In this document: positions 61,900 through 64,000 of the stretch, piece by piece
Layout of the letters: each line of letters begins with the position of its first letter
Numbering within the stretch: position 1 is the first letter of the stretch
Assembly: GCA_036653755.1 (NCBI GenBank)
Contig: JAVVTJ010000001.1
Span: forward strand, 8,928-72,927
DNA: 64,000 nucleotides
From: Clostridia bacterium
Lineage (GTDB): Bacteria; Bacillota; Clostridia; TANB77; CAG-465
Direction: 5' to 3'
Made by a program: the position numbers and the translations under genes
The notes under the pieces: model-generated
The model's input: only the letters and a program-made list of their open reading frames with translations
Told to the model about the DNA's origin: nothing
Database searches by the model: none

Positions 61900-63065
61900 A
61901 TAAAAAAATAGTTATTTCTATATTATCTGTTGTTACTTTTTTATTTATAGGTATTGTTATTGCTTTTAATATAAATACAGATAAAACTAAAATAGATGCA
62001 AATATTGATATATATAATAATGAAAGTATTGATACTGCTACAAATATTCCTAAAAAAGAAGAAATAAATCCAGAATTAAGTAATCCAATTGAAGAAAATA
62101 CATCTGTAAAACCAAATTCACAAGTTACTAATAATATTAAATTAACTATATTAGGAGAAATGATGATGGGTGGAGCTGTTACTAAAAATACAAGTTATCT
62201 ATATAATAGTGCATTTAAAAAAATATTTACTTTGACTAGAGATTCAGATTTTACATATTGTAATTTTTCAACTAATATAACAAATTTAGAAAAAATAGAA
62301 AATACTAAAAGTAAATATTTAGTTACAAAAGAAGTTATTAATGCTATTAATGGTCTTGGTATAGATGCAGTAAGCATTGCATCAGATCATATGTTAGATT
62401 TTCCAAAAGATATATTTAAAAATACTTTGAATTTACTAAAAGATAATAATACTTATATTTCTGGTTTAGATGATTCTATATTATATTTAGAAAAAAATGG
62501 TAAAAAAATTGCTATAATTTCTTCAAATAATGTATTTATTGGAATAAAAAGAAATTATACTGATTATGGTATAAATGTATATTCTGCTAAAAAAATGAAA
62601 GAAGATATTACAAAAGCTAGACAAAATGCAGATTTTGTAATTGTAGATATTCATTGGGGAAGAGAAAATATATTTGGAGTTACTTCTGAAATGAAAGAAA
62701 TAGCGTATTTAGCAATTGATAATGGTGCAAATTTAATTATAGGAAGTCATGCATTAGGTATATATCCAATTATTACATATAAAGATACACCTATAATATA
62801 TTCAACAGGATATATTATGACAGATTCTACTAGTGAACTTGCTAAAACTTCATATATATTTGATATAAATATTAATAAAGAAAATAGAATAGATAGTATA
62901 GAAATGACTCCAACATACATTTCTGATAAAAAAGAAGTAATACCATATTTTGAATATAGTAAAGAATTAGCATATGAATTTAATTTACAAATGAATAAAT
63001 GGCAAATAGAAAATAACTTAAATTCAGAAATAGATAATGATAAAATAATTGTAAAATTTAAATAA
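61830..63065 (+). CDS. CapA/PgsA-family metallophosphatase (poly-gamma-glutamate biosynthesis-type)
   Basis: N-terminal TM, GADFVIVDIHWGRE and GANLIIGSHA motifs. Start uncertain (ATG 61830 lies inside the mtaB 3' end). Confidence 0.6.
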   Translation: MGKNSRIKINLIRKRFNFRTDKINKKIVISILSVVTFLFIGIVIAFNINTDKTKIDANIDIYNNESIDTATNIPKKEEINPELSNPIEENTSVKPNSQVTNNIKLTILGEMMMGGAVTKNTSYLYNSAFKKIFTLTRDSDFTYCNFSTNITNLEKIENTKSKYLVTKEVINAINGLGIDAVSIASDHMLDFPKDIFKNTLNLLKDNNTYISGLDDSILYLEKNGKKIAIISSNNVFIGIKRNYTDYGINVYSAKKMKEDITKARQNADFVIVDIHWGRENIFGVTSEMKEIAYLAIDNGANLIIGSHALGIYPIITYKDTPIIYSTGYIMTDSTSELAKTSYIFDININKENRIDSIEMTPTYISDKKEVIPYFEYSKELAYEFNLQMNKWQIENNLNSEIDNDKIIVKFK

Positions 63066-63105
63066 AATAAAAATAGTTTATACTAAATAAGTATAAACTA
63101 TTTTT
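63066..63105. terminator. Bidirectional terminator
   Basis: aaaatagtttatact/agtataaactatttt inverted repeat. Confidence 0.55.
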
Positions 63106-63508
63106 ATGTATTTTCATTATTTTTTAAAAAAAGTATATTATAGAAATCTATTATAGCTGCTATTAAGACTATAAATGTTGTTAAATAGTTCATTTTATTA
63201 GAACATAAGTTAATATTATCATCAGTTGTTGTTTCTTTTAACTCAGTAATTGATACTTTAAAATAATAAAAAGCACATATAATTACTATAATTCCAACAA
63301 TAAAATCAATTTTAAAATAATCTTTTAAAGGAACTTTATCTAGATTATTTATTTGATTTACTAATTCTTTTCTTTCTTGCTTAATAACAAAATATGAAAG
63401 TAAAGAGGCAAATATAGCAAATTGTGTATATTGTATAGTTTTATCTGTTATCAATATATTGTTATTTAATTCTGTTAAAATTTCACTTTCAAATAATTCA
63501 TTGAACAT
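63104..63508 (-). CDS. Hypothetical small membrane protein
   Basis: 134 aa, two or three TM segments. No domain recognised. Confidence 0.4.
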   Translation of the reverse strand: MFNELFESEILTELNNNILITDKTIQYTQFAIFASLLSYFVIKQERKELVNQINNLDKVPLKDYFKIDFIVGIIVIICAFYYFKVSITELKETTTDDNINLCSNKMNYLTTFIVLIAAIIDFYNILFLKNNENT

Positions 63509-63715
63509 AGTAACACCTGTAATATTTTATGAATTTATTTTTTTTTTGATACAAATTATACTTAATTTTTAACAAAAAATAGATGATATGTACATTTTAA
63601 ATAAGATAATGTTAGTAAATTTTCGTCGTAATTTTAATCTAAAACTAGCAAATATAAAATAAAAAAATATCAAGCACTTATTTTATAAAGTACTTGATAT
63701 TTTTTTATTTTCATA

Positions 63716-63801
63716 TGGTGGGAAGAGATGGATTCGAACCATCGTAAGCGTAAGCTAACAGATTTACAGTCTGCCTCCTTTAGCCACTCGGACATCTTCC
63801 C
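63716..63801 (-). tRNA. tRNA-Tyr (anticodon GTA), long variable arm
   Basis: Reverse complement GGGAAGATGTCCGAGTGG...GCAGACTGTAAATCTGT...long extra arm...GGTTCGAATCCATCTCTTCCCACCA. Confidence 0.85.
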
Positions 63802-63812
63802 AGATATAAAAA

Positions 63813-63889
63813 TGGTGGGCCTTCAGAGACTCGAACTCCGGACCGACCGGTTATGAGCCGGTTGCTCTAACCAACTGAGCTAAAGGCCC
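63813..63889 (-). tRNA. tRNA with CAT anticodon (tRNA-Ile2-lysidine type or elongator Met)
   Basis: Reverse complement GGGCCTTTAGCTCAGTTGGTTAGAGCAACCGGCTCATAACCGGTCGGTCCGGAGTTCGAGTCTCTGAAGGCCCACCA. C4/C5 acceptor-stem pairs favour Ile2 (TilS substrate). Confidence 0.8.
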
Positions 63890-64000
63890 ACATAACTGTG
63901 GAACAATAATATTATAACTAATTTTGTCTAAAATGTCAAGTCTTTTTAACAAAAAAAATAAAAAAAGTGATATTTTAAGTTTTACACTTTTTTTATTATA

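Overview
AT-rich chromosomal segment (roughly 25-30% GC by eye) typical of class Clostridia, most likely a Clostridium-like spore former. Both strands are densely coded, mostly with housekeeping genes. Recognisable genes include lepA, a TrmH-family methyltransferase, tgt, folD, ogg, and the conserved rpmG-secE-nusG-rplK-rplA-rplJ-rplL cluster. Further on there are fba, a three-gene NuoE-like/NuoF-like/[FeFe]-hydrogenase (HydABC-type) locus, a GGDEF-EAL protein, fabG-like, rnhB, pdp, ispA, smc, uvrA, ruvB, queH, a TGS-less thrS, RNase P RNA, pta-ackA, two aminopeptidases, a RodA/FtsW-type protein, dusB and a MiaB-family (MtaB-like) methylthiotransferase gene (frameshifted, see below). There are three tRNAs (Gly-TCC, Tyr-GTA and a CAT-anticodon tRNA). 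Sporulation-flavoured genes occur too: dpaA, a SleB/CwlJ-type hydrolase and a VanW-like protein.

Features not explained by ordinary annotation:
- Five genes (an MFS transporter, dpaA, asnB, the GGDEF-EAL gene, mtaB) are each interrupted by a +1 frameshift located exactly at an in-frame CGG codon. Skipping the C restores a conserved glycine codon (GGN) in every case. In-frame CGG is otherwise almost absent from the window (two other cases), which points to either CGG-triggered +1 recoding or a very systematic C-insertion artefact.
- A family of at least 14 copies of a 20-bp box (TTAGGGCTAGCTTTTTAAAA, with a variant TTAGGGTTAGCTTTGTAAAA) is scattered through intergenic DNA. Copies occur singly or as perfect inverted pairs, and several supply or abut the TAG/TAA stop codon of the upstream gene.
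- One inverted pair plus a degenerate copy bracket an IS200/IS605-family tnpB element. Another pair brackets a 540-bp tnpB-less derivative carrying a homologous structured left-end-like segment and internal 48-bp direct repeats. A third pair brackets a 119-bp mini-element.
- Other notable items: a 62-aa protein that is 44% cysteine; an operon of a 553-aa surface-type protein (Cna-B/SdrD-like, CBM-like and DUF11-like modules, no signal peptide) followed by a 90-aa paralog of only its C-terminal helical module; and a HydA whose H-cluster L1 motif reads TSCSSSW instead of TSCCPxW.
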